NCBI GenBank assembly: GCA_964344325.1
Contig: CAYFMX010000001.1
Coordinates: 81,421-145,420 of the forward strand
Length of the DNA: 64,000 nucleotides
Origin: an uncultured Piscirickettsiaceae bacterium
Lineage (GTDB): Bacteria > Pseudomonadota > Gammaproteobacteria > GCF-002020875
Reading direction: 5' to 3'
Part shown: in pieces, positions 9,053 through 17,396 of the stretch
How positions within the stretch are numbered: the first letter of the stretch is position 1
Layout of the letters: each line of letters starts with the position of its first letter
Made by a program: the position numbers and the translations under genes
The notes under the pieces: generated by a model
The model's database searches: none
What the model was told of the DNA's origin: nothing
What the model saw: the letters and a program-made list of their open reading frames with translations, nothing else

Positions 9053-9895
9053 GTGCTGCCACAACACGCAACCCTCGGTGAACGCATCTGGCACTGGTCA
9101 TTCCGGGGATTGTGTGGGCTAATTTTTCTCTTCCTGATTGTGCCAATCCTCGTCATTATCCCGCTCTCGTTCAACGCCGAACCCTACTTCACCTTTACCC
9201 GCGAAATGTTGGCGTTTGACCCCGCCGGTTTTTCGACGCGTTGGTATGAAAATTTCTTCAATAATGCCAATTGGCAACAATCTGTCCGAAATTCCTTCAT
9301 TATCGGCATTTTTTCGACGCTGATCGCTACTACTTTGGGCACGTTGGCAGCATTGGGTTTGAGCCGCCGCGAATTTCCGTTCCGCACGGTTTTGATGGGT
9401 TTGCTGATTTCACCGATGGTGGTGCCGTTGATCATCTCCGCAGCCGGGATGTTCTTTTTTTATTCACGTATCGGCCTGCAAGGGTCGCACTTGGGTGTGA
9501 TCCTCGCACACGCTGCACTGGCCACGCCGTTTGTTGTTATCACCGTCACTGCAACACTCTCCGGATTCGACCACAACCTGACCCGTGCCGCTGCCAGTTT
9601 GGGCGCATCGCCGACCCGTGCATTTTTTCAGGTGACGATGCCGTTGATTACACCAGGCGTGGTGTCGGGCGCACTCTTCGCCTTCATCACCTCCTTCGAT
9701 GAAGTGGTGGTGGTGCTGTTTGTCGGCAGCGTCCACCAACGGACGATTCCTTGGCAGATGTTTTCCGGTATCCGCGAGCAGATCAGCCCAACCATTCTTG
9801 CAGTTGCGGCATTGTTGACGCTGGTTTCGGTTTTATTGCTGATTACTGTGGAAATGCTGCGCCGACGTGGGGCGCGGTTGCGGGGTGAGCGGTGA
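9053..9895 (+). CDS. ABC transporter permease (PotC-type)
   Basis: 280 aa with six TM segments and the EAA loop AASLGASPTRAFFQVTMP. Confidence 0.85.
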   Translation: MLPQHATLGERIWHWSFRGLCGLIFLFLIVPILVIIPLSFNAEPYFTFTREMLAFDPAGFSTRWYENFFNNANWQQSVRNSFIIGIFSTLIATTLGTLAALGLSRREFPFRTVLMGLLISPMVVPLIISAAGMFFFYSRIGLQGSHLGVILAHAALATPFVVITVTATLSGFDHNLTRAAASLGASPTRAFFQVTMPLITPGVVSGALFAFITSFDEVVVVLFVGSVHQRTIPWQMFSGIREQISPTILAVAALLTLVSVLLLITVEMLRRRGARLRGER

Positions 9896-9951
9896 AGATA
9901 GTCTTTGTGTAAAATACAGCAGTCAGTATACAAATCGAATCGCCAGCTGGT

Positions 9952-11106
9952 TCATTTTCCCGCTAAATGAAATGTCATTTCTAAAATTTCAAGTAATTGT
10001 TCCACTTCTAATGCTGTATGTTTTGCGGAAAACGTAACCCGCAACCGCGCACTGCCTTCCGGAACAGTCGGTGGACGAATTGCAGTCACTAAAATTCCCT
10101 GTTTTTCCAAGGCTTGTGAAAATTGCATCGCTTTTTCTGTACTGCCCAACAAAATCGGCTGAATGGCGGTTTCTGAAGGCATCAATGGCAATCCTAACTG
10201 TTTTGCACCTTGGCGAAATTGCGCAATCCGTGCCTGCAAATTTTCACGCAATTGTTCGCCTTCTTCGTTGCCGACAATCTTCAGTGCGGCGCGGGTCGCT
10301 TCTGCCACCGCAGGCGGGGAGGCCGTCGTATAAATATATGTTCGCGCTTGCTGGATCAGCGTTTCAATCAGTGCCTCGCTTCCGGCGACAAACGCACCTG
10401 CTGCCCCCAGTGCCTTACCGAGCGTCCCCATCAAAATCGACCCAGACTGGGAGTCTAGCTCAAATTTGGAAACGGTTCCGCGCCCTCGTTCTCCATGCAC
10501 GCCAAAACCATGTGCATCATCAACCAGCAGCCACGCATTGTGTGCTTCGCAAATTGTGGCAATTTCTGGCAGCGGCGCAATATCACCATCCATACTGAAA
10601 ACGCCATCTGTTGCGACTAGCGTTTCGCCGGAATGTGATTTTTCGATAATTTTCTGCAACATTTCTGGATCAGCATGCGCGTAACGGAACAATTTTGCCC
10701 GCGACATCAATGCGCCGTCCAGCAAAGAAGCATGATTCAGTTTGTCGTGGATGACACGGTCATTTCGCCCCAAAAGTGCTTGTTGGATACCCAAATTAGC
10801 CTGATAACCAGAAGAAAACAGCAGTGCGCGCGGATAACCGGTAAATTCTGCCAGCTCTTCCTCCAACGCATGGTGCGCCGCCGTGTGCCCATTGACCAGA
10901 TGCGCCGCGCCGCTGCTAACACCATATTTTTCCGCGCCGCATTGCAGTGCTTCAATCACTTTTGGATGGCGCGAAAGTCCCAGATAATCATTGCTGGTAA
11001 ACGCAAGCAAATCTGCATTGTTAGCATTGAAAATTCGTCGTTTGCGGTAGAGGGATTTTGTTTTGCGGTCGTTGAGAGCAGTGAGGAATTTTGATTCGTG
11101 CTTCAT
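9952..11106 (-). CDS. bioF: 8-amino-7-oxononanoate synthase
   Basis: 384 aa. SNDYLGL, the PLP-lysine region TLGKALG and the overall class II aminotransferase layout match BioF. Confidence 0.9.
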   Translation of the reverse strand: MKHESKFLTALNDRKTKSLYRKRRIFNANNADLLAFTSNDYLGLSRHPKVIEALQCGAEKYGVSSGAAHLVNGHTAAHHALEEELAEFTGYPRALLFSSGYQANLGIQQALLGRNDRVIHDKLNHASLLDGALMSRAKLFRYAHADPEMLQKIIEKSHSGETLVATDGVFSMDGDIAPLPEIATICEAHNAWLLVDDAHGFGVHGERGRGTVSKFELDSQSGSILMGTLGKALGAAGAFVAGSEALIETLIQQARTYIYTTASPPAVAEATRAALKIVGNEEGEQLRENLQARIAQFRQGAKQLGLPLMPSETAIQPILLGSTEKAMQFSQALEKQGILVTAIRPPTVPEGSARLRVTFSAKHTALEVEQLLEILEMTFHLAGK

Positions 11107-11654
11107 TTTTTTGGCAGTACTGAAAAAGAGCGCATTGCATAGCCGACTTGTACTTGTGCAGACTCTGGAACGCCTTTTTTCAACAATTTTCTTTCAATCA
11201 CATCGCTGACTTTAACTGGGGAAACATCATGTAAATCATCAAACTGTTTTGGAGAAGCAACTACTATTAAATAATCCATACCATATGGCAATGTTATTTC
11301 CAGTTTTGGTAGTTTTAAAATTCCATTTTTTTTCACAAAATTATTTTGACCACGCTGAGGGAAAATCGGCATTGCCATCAAATTTTTTCCAATATGGTAA
11401 ACACGTAAATAACAATCACTTTTACAATTAACAAATGAAACTAGATTCTCACCTAAAAATAACTCATTTTTTGGAACATCTAATTCCACAGAAATAACTT
11501 CCCGATTCCATTGAACTATAGAGATCAACCAGTTCCAAGCGCGATCTTTTTGTTCTTCTGAAAAAGCTATATATACTGTGGAAACCGCTATTATCACAGT
11601 GGCAAAAGCATTTATTTTATTTATTCTAAGATTTACTCTTTCGTTCATCATCAT
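11103..11654 (-). CDS. membrane-anchored DUF4384-like protein
   Basis: 183 aa with an N-terminal TM helix (INAFATVIIAVSTVYIAF). ELFLGENLVSFVNCKSDCYLRVYHIGKNLMAMPIFPQ and LPYGMDYLIVVASPKQF follow the DUF4384 pattern, a domain commonly attached to caspase-like proteins. The stop overlaps the bioF ATG (ATGA). Confidence 0.5.
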   Translation of the reverse strand: MMMNERVNLRINKINAFATVIIAVSTVYIAFSEEQKDRAWNWLISIVQWNREVISVELDVPKNELFLGENLVSFVNCKSDCYLRVYHIGKNLMAMPIFPQRGQNNFVKKNGILKLPKLEITLPYGMDYLIVVASPKQFDDLHDVSPVKVSDVIERKLLKKGVPESAQVQVGYAMRSFSVLPKK

Positions 11655-11709
11655 CTAAAACTTAGAAAAATTCAAAAAACATCCTTTAAAAAATATTTCC
11701 TTATTTTTT

Positions 11710-13434
11710 CTATTTCATTGGAAGGGCTTTTTGGGTAACCTGAGCAGAATATTTTTCTATTGTAAACGTAGGCTCTAGACATATACGAAAACCAATATTA
11801 TCGCCACGATAAGGCATGCTGCCAGGATGACGGTACGCAGCACGTACATTTCTTCCACGATGGCTCCATGAACCACCACGTAATACTCGTGGATCCCCAT
11901 CATGATTCGTTATTACTAAAGGATTTTTCACTGGCTTCATAGGAAGTTTTTCCTGCCATTGATCTGCTACCCATTCCCAAACATTTCCATGCATTTCATA
12001 TAGACCCCACTGATTTGATGGTAGACTTTTCACCTTTACTGTTGCTTGCCTATATTTTCCTTTCTTTCCATTATTATATGGGTAATTTCCATTAAAATTA
12101 ACTTGCTCTGTGGTGATATTTTTTCCAAACGAAAACGGCGTAGTAGTTCCTGCGCGTGCAGCATATTCCCATTGTGCTTCTGTTGGTAATTTTACAGAAA
12201 ATTTATTTTCATTAATTCTATTTATTTTTCTTAAAAATCGTTGCACATCACTCCAGCTCACTGTTTCAACCGGAAGCTCTTTTCCTTTAAATTCACTTAG
12301 ATTCTTTCTCATTACTGCTTCCCACAACTCCTGTGTTGTTTCTGTGTCAGCAATCCAATAACCCTCCGTCAATGTTACTTGGTGTCGTACTTCATCTTGA
12401 TATATTTCTCCTTCAATTTCCAAAGAACCCATCATAAAAGTTCCTGGTTCAATCCAGCGGAAACGCTGGATAACAGGTTTTTCCCAAGTTTCAATCTCTA
12501 CATCAGCATAAATACCATATCGGTCACGTTCCATATTAGGTAAATGCTGTTTTTTTGGAATAACACGTTTTATTTTTTCTTCAATTGTCAATTTTTGACG
12601 GTTTTCAATGCCAGTAATTATCTCTGGTGCTGGTGGAGGAACAACAATCATTTCTTCTGAAAGAGTTTTTTGCTTTAGATCACTAGAAAGATATAAATCT
12701 TGATAAATCATACTTGTATAAGTAGGGGTTTGCTTGCCTTTAGTTTCAGCTGCCACTGCTCCTCCGACTCGTTTTAATATAAATTCAATTGGAAGATTTT
12801 TAGAAAGCCATTTTATTAAATGTGCTGCATATGGACTATTTCTATCTTTTCCATCCAGTGCAGCTTGGCCTTCCATTGCAGCATAAGCTATGATCATTCC
12901 ACGTCCTTCCTGAGAAACTTTTAATCCTCGTGTTATATTTCTAGTAAAGCTAAATGGATCATCACGACATGCATCTAAAATCAAAATATTTTTATTATTT
13001 CCTGCATGTTTGAAAGTTTCAGTAAAATATCTAATGCTCAATGCTAAATCAGGTAATTCCCATGCTTCCTGAATCTGTGACATTCCACCAATAGGTATTA
13101 GATAATTTTTTCCATCATACTGTACACCATGACCAGAATAGTAAATAAAACCTATAGAATCAGGAGATAGTTTTCTTCCAAATGAACGAACCGCCTGCCT
13201 CATCTCTATCTTGTTCAAATCCAGTTTCAGCGTCACCTGAAAACCAAGATTGCGCAAAACGGCAGCAATATCTGTTGCATCATTTTTCGGATTTTTCAAC
13301 GCCTGCTTTTGATAACTGCTGTTGCCAATCACCAACGCAATACGTTCACGCTCTACCGCAGCATTTGAAACTAATGGCAACAATGCAAAATAGAGTGCTA
13401 AAAGCTGTAAAAATACCGTAATTCGACTTTTCAT
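11710..13434 (-). CDS. exported caspase (peptidase C14) fused to an FGE-sulfatase (SUMF1-like) domain
   Basis: Signal peptide MKSRITVFLQLLALYFALLPLVSNA. The caspase His/Cys dyad sits in the contexts FIYYSGHGVQYDGKNYLIP and NILILDACRDDPF. The C-terminal domain shows LPTEAQWEYAARAG, YEMHGNVWEWV and RGGSWSHRGRNVRAAYR, which is the FGE-sulfatase pattern. Confidence 0.85.
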   Translation of the reverse strand: MKSRITVFLQLLALYFALLPLVSNAAVERERIALVIGNSSYQKQALKNPKNDATDIAAVLRNLGFQVTLKLDLNKIEMRQAVRSFGRKLSPDSIGFIYYSGHGVQYDGKNYLIPIGGMSQIQEAWELPDLALSIRYFTETFKHAGNNKNILILDACRDDPFSFTRNITRGLKVSQEGRGMIIAYAAMEGQAALDGKDRNSPYAAHLIKWLSKNLPIEFILKRVGGAVAAETKGKQTPTYTSMIYQDLYLSSDLKQKTLSEEMIVVPPPAPEIITGIENRQKLTIEEKIKRVIPKKQHLPNMERDRYGIYADVEIETWEKPVIQRFRWIEPGTFMMGSLEIEGEIYQDEVRHQVTLTEGYWIADTETTQELWEAVMRKNLSEFKGKELPVETVSWSDVQRFLRKINRINENKFSVKLPTEAQWEYAARAGTTTPFSFGKNITTEQVNFNGNYPYNNGKKGKYRQATVKVKSLPSNQWGLYEMHGNVWEWVADQWQEKLPMKPVKNPLVITNHDGDPRVLRGGSWSHRGRNVRAAYRHPGSMPYRGDNIGFRICLEPTFTIEKYSAQVTQKALPMK

Positions 13435-13450
13435 CGTTTTTGATCCGAAA

Positions 13451-13490
13451 TTCGCTCAATTCACTATGTATTCGCTCAATTCACTATGTA
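13451..13490. repeat. perfect tandem duplication 2 x 20 nt (TTCGCTCAATTCACTATGTA)
   Basis: Read directly. It lies in the divergent region between the caspase-FGE gene start (13434) and sucC (13598). Confidence 0.9.
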
Positions 13491-13597
13491 AAAGACTGCC
13501 AACAAACTTCAATCTGCGCAACCCAACTGGAAAAATCCCCCGCCAAACGACACAATAGACTGTTTTCCATCGCACAGACCAAGAGAGAGGAAAACGA

Positions 13598-14758
13598 ATG
13601 AACCTACATGAATACCAGGCCAAACAGCTCTTCGGGCGGGTTGGCATCCCCATTCCGAGTGGAAAAATGGTGGAACGCCTTGAGGAGACCGAACAGGCAG
13701 CCAGCGAAGCAGGCAGCGACGCATGGGTGGTGAAGGCGCAAGTCCACGCGGGTGGACGCGGCAAAGGTGGCGGCGTAAAAATCACCAAAAGCCTCGACGA
13801 ATTGAAAGCAGAGGTCGACAAGATGCTCGGCGGTACGCTCGTCACACCGCAAACGCACGGACGTGCACTACCCATCAACAAAGTGTTGGTGGAAGAGACG
13901 CTGGATATCGCTTCCGAGCTGTATCTGGGCGCATTGGTCGATCGCGATCGCGAATGCATCGTTTTCATGGCCTCTGCGGCAGGCGGGATGAATATTGAAG
14001 AGGTTGCAGCAAAAACACCGGAAAAAATCCTCACCGTCCATGCCAATGTTTCTGCCGGATTGCAGCCGTACCAGTGCCGCCAAGTGGCATTTGGCCTTGG
14101 CTTGGATGGCAAACAGGCCGGGCAACTCACCAAAATCATGATCGGACTGTTCCGCCTCTTCACGCACAACGATTTGAGCCTGGTAGAAATCAATCCGCTA
14201 ATCGTGACTGGCGATGGCCAGCTGTTAGCGTTGGATGCAAAAATCAACTTGGATGACAACGCGCTCTATCGTCATCCAGCGTTGCGTGAAATGCATGATC
14301 CAACGCAGGAAGATCCGGCAGAGCTGGAAGCCAGCCAGCACGACCTCAACTACATTACGCTTGATGGCAACATTGGTTGCATGGTTAACGGCGCAGGGCT
14401 GGCGATGGCGACAATGGATTTGATTAAATTGCATGGCGGCGACCCGGCGAACTTCCTTGATGTGGGTGGCGGCACAACCGCAGAACGTGTTGCGGCGGCA
14501 TTTAAGCTGATTCTTGGCGATTCCAAAGTGAAAGCGATTCTGGTCAATATTTTTGGCGGCATTGTACGTTGTGATTTGATTGCCGAGGGGATCATCACCG
14601 CAGTGAAAGAGGTTGGAATCGAGATTCCAGTGGTTGTACGCCTGGAAGGAACCAATGCCCCGCAAGGCATGGAGATGCTGAAAACCAGTGGTCTCAATAT
14701 TGATGTTGAAGAAACCCTGACTGGCGCAGCACAGCGGGTTGTTGCGGCAGCGCAGTAA
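13598..14758 (+). CDS. sucC: succinyl-CoA synthetase beta subunit
   Basis: 386 aa: [12 protein letters not shown]..., [36 protein letters not shown]. Confidence 0.95.
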   Translation: MNLHEYQAKQLFGRVGIPIPSGKMVERLEETEQAASEAGSDAWVVKAQVHAGGRGKGGGVKITKSLDELKAEVDKMLGGTLVTPQTHGRALPINKVLVEETLDIASELYLGALVDRDRECIVFMASAAGGMNIEEVAAKTPEKILTVHANVSAGLQPYQCRQVAFGLGLDGKQAGQLTKIMIGLFRLFTHNDLSLVEINPLIVTGDGQLLALDAKINLDDNALYRHPALREMHDPTQEDPAELEASQHDLNYITLDGNIGCMVNGAGLAMATMDLIKLHGGDPANFLDVGGGTTAERVAAAFKLILGDSKVKAILVNIFGGIVRCDLIAEGIITAVKEVGIEIPVVVRLEGTNAPQGMEMLKTSGLNIDVEETLTGAAQRVVAAAQ

Positions 14759-14769
14759 GGAGAAAAATT

Positions 14770-15642
14770 ATGAGTATTGTGATTAATAAAGAGACCCGCG
14801 TGATTGTGCAGGGCTTTACTGGCAAACAGGGTACATTCCATGCCGAGCAATCGATTGCTTACGGAACCAATATTGTCGGTGGTGTGACTCCCGGTAAAGG
14901 TGGACAAACACACCTCGATCGTCCGGTTTTCAACACGGTTGCTGATGCAGTGAAGGAGACTGACGCTAATGCAACGATGATTTATGTGCCAGCAGCTTTT
15001 GCAGCAGATGCAATTTTTGAGGCGGCGGAAGCAGGAATTAAAACGATTGTTTGCATCACCGAAGGGATTCCAGTGCTGGATATGATCAAAGTGAAAGCGG
15101 TGCTCAAAAATCATCCAGATACACGGCTGGTTGGCCCGAATTGCCCCGGTATCATTACGCCCGGTGAATGTAAGATTGGCATTATGCCCGGCAATATCCA
15201 TCAGAAAGGTTCCATCGGGATCGTTTCCCGTTCCGGGACGCTTACCTATGAGGCGGTGCACCAGACCACGCAGGCCGGGTTGGGTCAATCCACTTGTGTC
15301 GGTATTGGCGGAGATCCGATTCACGGGATGAACTTCATTGATTGTCTCGAACTGTTCCAGAAAGATGACCAGACCAAAGGGATCATCATGGTCGGCGAGA
15401 TCGGCGGCAGCAAAGAGGAAGAAGCAGCAGAATTTATCAAGGCCAACGTCACCAAGCCAGTGGTTGCCTATATTGCGGGCGTGACGGCACCACCGGGACG
15501 ACGCATGGGACATGCAGGTGCGATTATTTCCGGCGGAAAAGGCACGGCAGAAGAGAAAATCAAGGCATTGGAAGCGGTAGGTGTGACGGTTTCCCGTTCT
15601 CCGGCAGAGATTGGAAAACATATGAAGGAGCGTTTGGGGTAA
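14770..15642 (+). CDS. sucD: succinyl-CoA synthetase alpha subunit
   Basis: 290 aa: [23 protein letters not shown], and the phospho-His region [15 protein letters not shown]. Confidence 0.95.
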   Translation: MSIVINKETRVIVQGFTGKQGTFHAEQSIAYGTNIVGGVTPGKGGQTHLDRPVFNTVADAVKETDANATMIYVPAAFAADAIFEAAEAGIKTIVCITEGIPVLDMIKVKAVLKNHPDTRLVGPNCPGIITPGECKIGIMPGNIHQKGSIGIVSRSGTLTYEAVHQTTQAGLGQSTCVGIGGDPIHGMNFIDCLELFQKDDQTKGIIMVGEIGGSKEEEAAEFIKANVTKPVVAYIAGVTAPPGRRMGHAGAIISGGKGTAEEKIKALEAVGVTVSRSPAEIGKHMKERLG

Positions 15643-15688
15643 ATAAGTCCTGAACTCGCTTCCAGATTTTCTAGGATGTTGATATGGA

Positions 15689-15714
15689 GACCCCGGTTCT
15701 TCCGGGGTTTTTTT
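15689..15714 (+). terminator. intrinsic terminator after sucD
   Basis: CCCCGG-ttctt-CCGGGG followed by TTTTTTT. Confidence 0.7.
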
Positions 15715-15735
15715 ATGCGTCATAACTTTTCAGTT

Positions 15736-15763
15736 GATAATGACAATACTTCTCATTATTATC
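15736..15763. promoter_or_regulatory. Fur-box-like site upstream of the DUF2325 gene
   Basis: GATAATGACAATACTTCTC matches GATAATGATAATCATTATC at 15 of 19 positions by my count. It is followed by CATTATTATC. Confidence 0.45.
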
Positions 15764-15827
15764 TTATTCCATGTTGATGATTCATGTTTTTTATTGATCC
15801 ATTTGCAGGAGAGAAAGGGATTTTGTT

Positions 15828-17129
15828 ATGTGCCAGCATTGTCAGTCATCCAGTAAAGAAAACCAGTCAAACAAATCATGCAAATGCACTGCTTCTAAAG
15901 TTGTCCGCAGAAAGATTTGGGAGATTGACTCTTCAGCCTGTTGCCCAATCGTCGGGAACTGTTTTTCCATTTCCGAACTGAGAAAGATCGGGCGGCAGAA
16001 CGGGTCAGAACTCCCGGATGATTACAGTGATTACGATGTCCACCGCTATTTTGTGCAGGCAGCACAAATCCAAACTCCTCTATCACAACGTCTCAACAAG
16101 GCGTTAGAGCGTAAATATGCGGGTGTGTTGAAAACATTTTCTGCCTGTCAGGATGCCGAAGCGGTGCAACAATGCTGGGATAAACATGTGAAACGTGGAG
16201 AGATGGTCAGTGCATTTTGGGCATTGATGACCCATCCGGTAGCGAGTGTGACATTGCTGGATCGTGCGATGGGTGAAGTACATATGCTTTCACATGAAAT
16301 GAGTCGTACCAACCATGCCTCCATTCGACAATTACAAAGCCAGTCTACCCAAATCAAGCAGATGGAATTGAAACTGGAGAAAGAACGCAAACGGTTTGAC
16401 CGGCGTCTGGAAACCAAAGGACAAGAGGTTGAAAAACTCCAGCAGCAGCTGAAAGATTTGGAACAGCGCATCCAACAATCTGTACAACAAACGCAGCAAA
16501 CAGAAAAAAATCAAAAGCATCAGAAAAATTCCGGTGCGGAGCCGATCAAAGTCGGCAGGGTGGTTGCCAACCAAAAGAATGCTGATCCGCTGGAATCCCG
16601 TCTTGAGCATGTCGTGCAGTTGTTACAGGAACGCACCGAGCGGATGTCTACATTGCAATCAGAATTGTGGGAACAGAAGCGACTGGTAAAGCAATTGAAT
16701 GTGCAATTGCAGCAACGCAGCCAGTCGGCTCAAACTGGTGTTCAGTCTAGCGTCCAATCGAATGCAGTGCAGGCAAAAGATCGTTGCGCTGACTGTAGTG
16801 GGGAGGAGCTGGATTTGTGCGGACGTTGCGTCCTCTATGTCGGCGGGCAAGCCAAAATGAAGCCGCACTATCGGGAAATCGTGCAGAAAAAGCAGGGCAA
16901 TTTCCTCTACCACGATGGTGGGCGGGAAGATGCATTCGCACGATTGCAAGGCGATGTGCAACGCGCCGATACCATTGTCTGTCCGGTCAACTGTGTCAGT
17001 CATGCAGCGGTTTGCCAACTGAAAACACTCTGTAAAAAACATAACAAGCCGTTGGTTTTCTTGCGGAATGATGGGGTCAGTTCGTTTGAGAATGGTTTGA
17101 AGCCATTACAACTTGCACAGGAAAATTGA
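15828..17129 (+). CDS. DUF2325 domain protein with a Cys-rich N-terminus and a central coiled coil
   Basis: 433 aa. The C-terminal VLYVGGQ....ADTIVCPVNCVSHAA...LKTLCKKHNKPLVFL matches the DUF2325 pattern. The central part is a Q/E/K-rich coiled coil. Confidence 0.65.
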   Translation: MCQHCQSSSKENQSNKSCKCTASKVVRRKIWEIDSSACCPIVGNCFSISELRKIGRQNGSELPDDYSDYDVHRYFVQAAQIQTPLSQRLNKALERKYAGVLKTFSACQDAEAVQQCWDKHVKRGEMVSAFWALMTHPVASVTLLDRAMGEVHMLSHEMSRTNHASIRQLQSQSTQIKQMELKLEKERKRFDRRLETKGQEVEKLQQQLKDLEQRIQQSVQQTQQTEKNQKHQKNSGAEPIKVGRVVANQKNADPLESRLEHVVQLLQERTERMSTLQSELWEQKRLVKQLNVQLQQRSQSAQTGVQSSVQSNAVQAKDRCADCSGEELDLCGRCVLYVGGQAKMKPHYREIVQKKQGNFLYHDGGREDAFARLQGDVQRADTIVCPVNCVSHAAVCQLKTLCKKHNKPLVFLRNDGVSSFENGLKPLQLAQEN

Positions 17130-17174
17130 TCAGAATCAATTATTGAGAAATATTGCTATTTAAGAATATTTCTC

Positions 17175-17204
17175 TTTACATAAATGAGAATGATTATTAC
17201 TATT
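17175..17204 (+). promoter_or_regulatory. sigma70-like promoter (TTTACA-17 nt-TACTAT) overlapped by a Fur-box-like site
   Basis: -35 at 17175-17180, -10 at 17198-17203. GAGAATGATTATTACTATT (17186-17204) matches the Fur consensus at 14 of 19 positions by my count. Confidence 0.45.
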
Positions 17205-17209
17205 CATAT

Positions 17210-17331
17210 CAATATTGTTTTTTGTCTCCTGATTTATAGAAGAAGCACTTTCTCAATATCTCTTCTTTCCCTCCCGTGAAGAGGTAGAGGCGCGGGTTGT
17301 GTAGCAATTGAGCAGCATAACCCGTTTTTTA
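17210..17331 (+). ncRNA. candidate Fur-controlled short transcript (sRNA or attenuating leader of the CDF gene)
   Basis: It starts just after the promoter above. An internal hairpin CTCTTC/GAAGAG (17260-17283) presents the loop UUUCCCUCCCGU. It ends in the terminator CGGGTTGTG..CATAACCCG + TTTTTT (17293-17330). There is no ORF. Confidence 0.35.
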
Positions 17332-17396
17332 TCCATTTTAACTATTTGTTTTTATTAATTTAAAACTGAAATAGAAGCAGAGGTAATGCGCATCAT

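Noticed and set aside
13451-13490. Whether any of the tandem repeats (13451, 40141, 52572) or the iteron array could be a CRISPR array.
   Set aside because: The tandem repeats have only two abutting units with no spacers. The iterons are 6-9 nt long. No cas genes are present.
13456-15723. Long minus-strand ORFs (267 aa and 457 aa) opposite sucC and sucD.
   Set aside because: They are antisense shadows of unmistakable sucCD genes. Their products are Ser/Arg/Pro/Cys-rich with no motifs. The same reasoning applies to the many other overlapping ORFs in the track, for example 1163-1588, 7769-8209, 10071-10598, 20394-21095, 22355-22885, 31945-32520, 36547-37020, 46449-47156 and 58099-58683.
17210-17331. 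The idea that the leader before the CDF gene is a NiCo (czcD-motif) riboswitch.
   Set aside because: I cannot see the four-helix junction or the conserved G-rich core expected for that motif. The promoter is Fur-box-like. The interpretation is kept as an sRNA/attenuator candidate instead; only a cmsearch could settle it.
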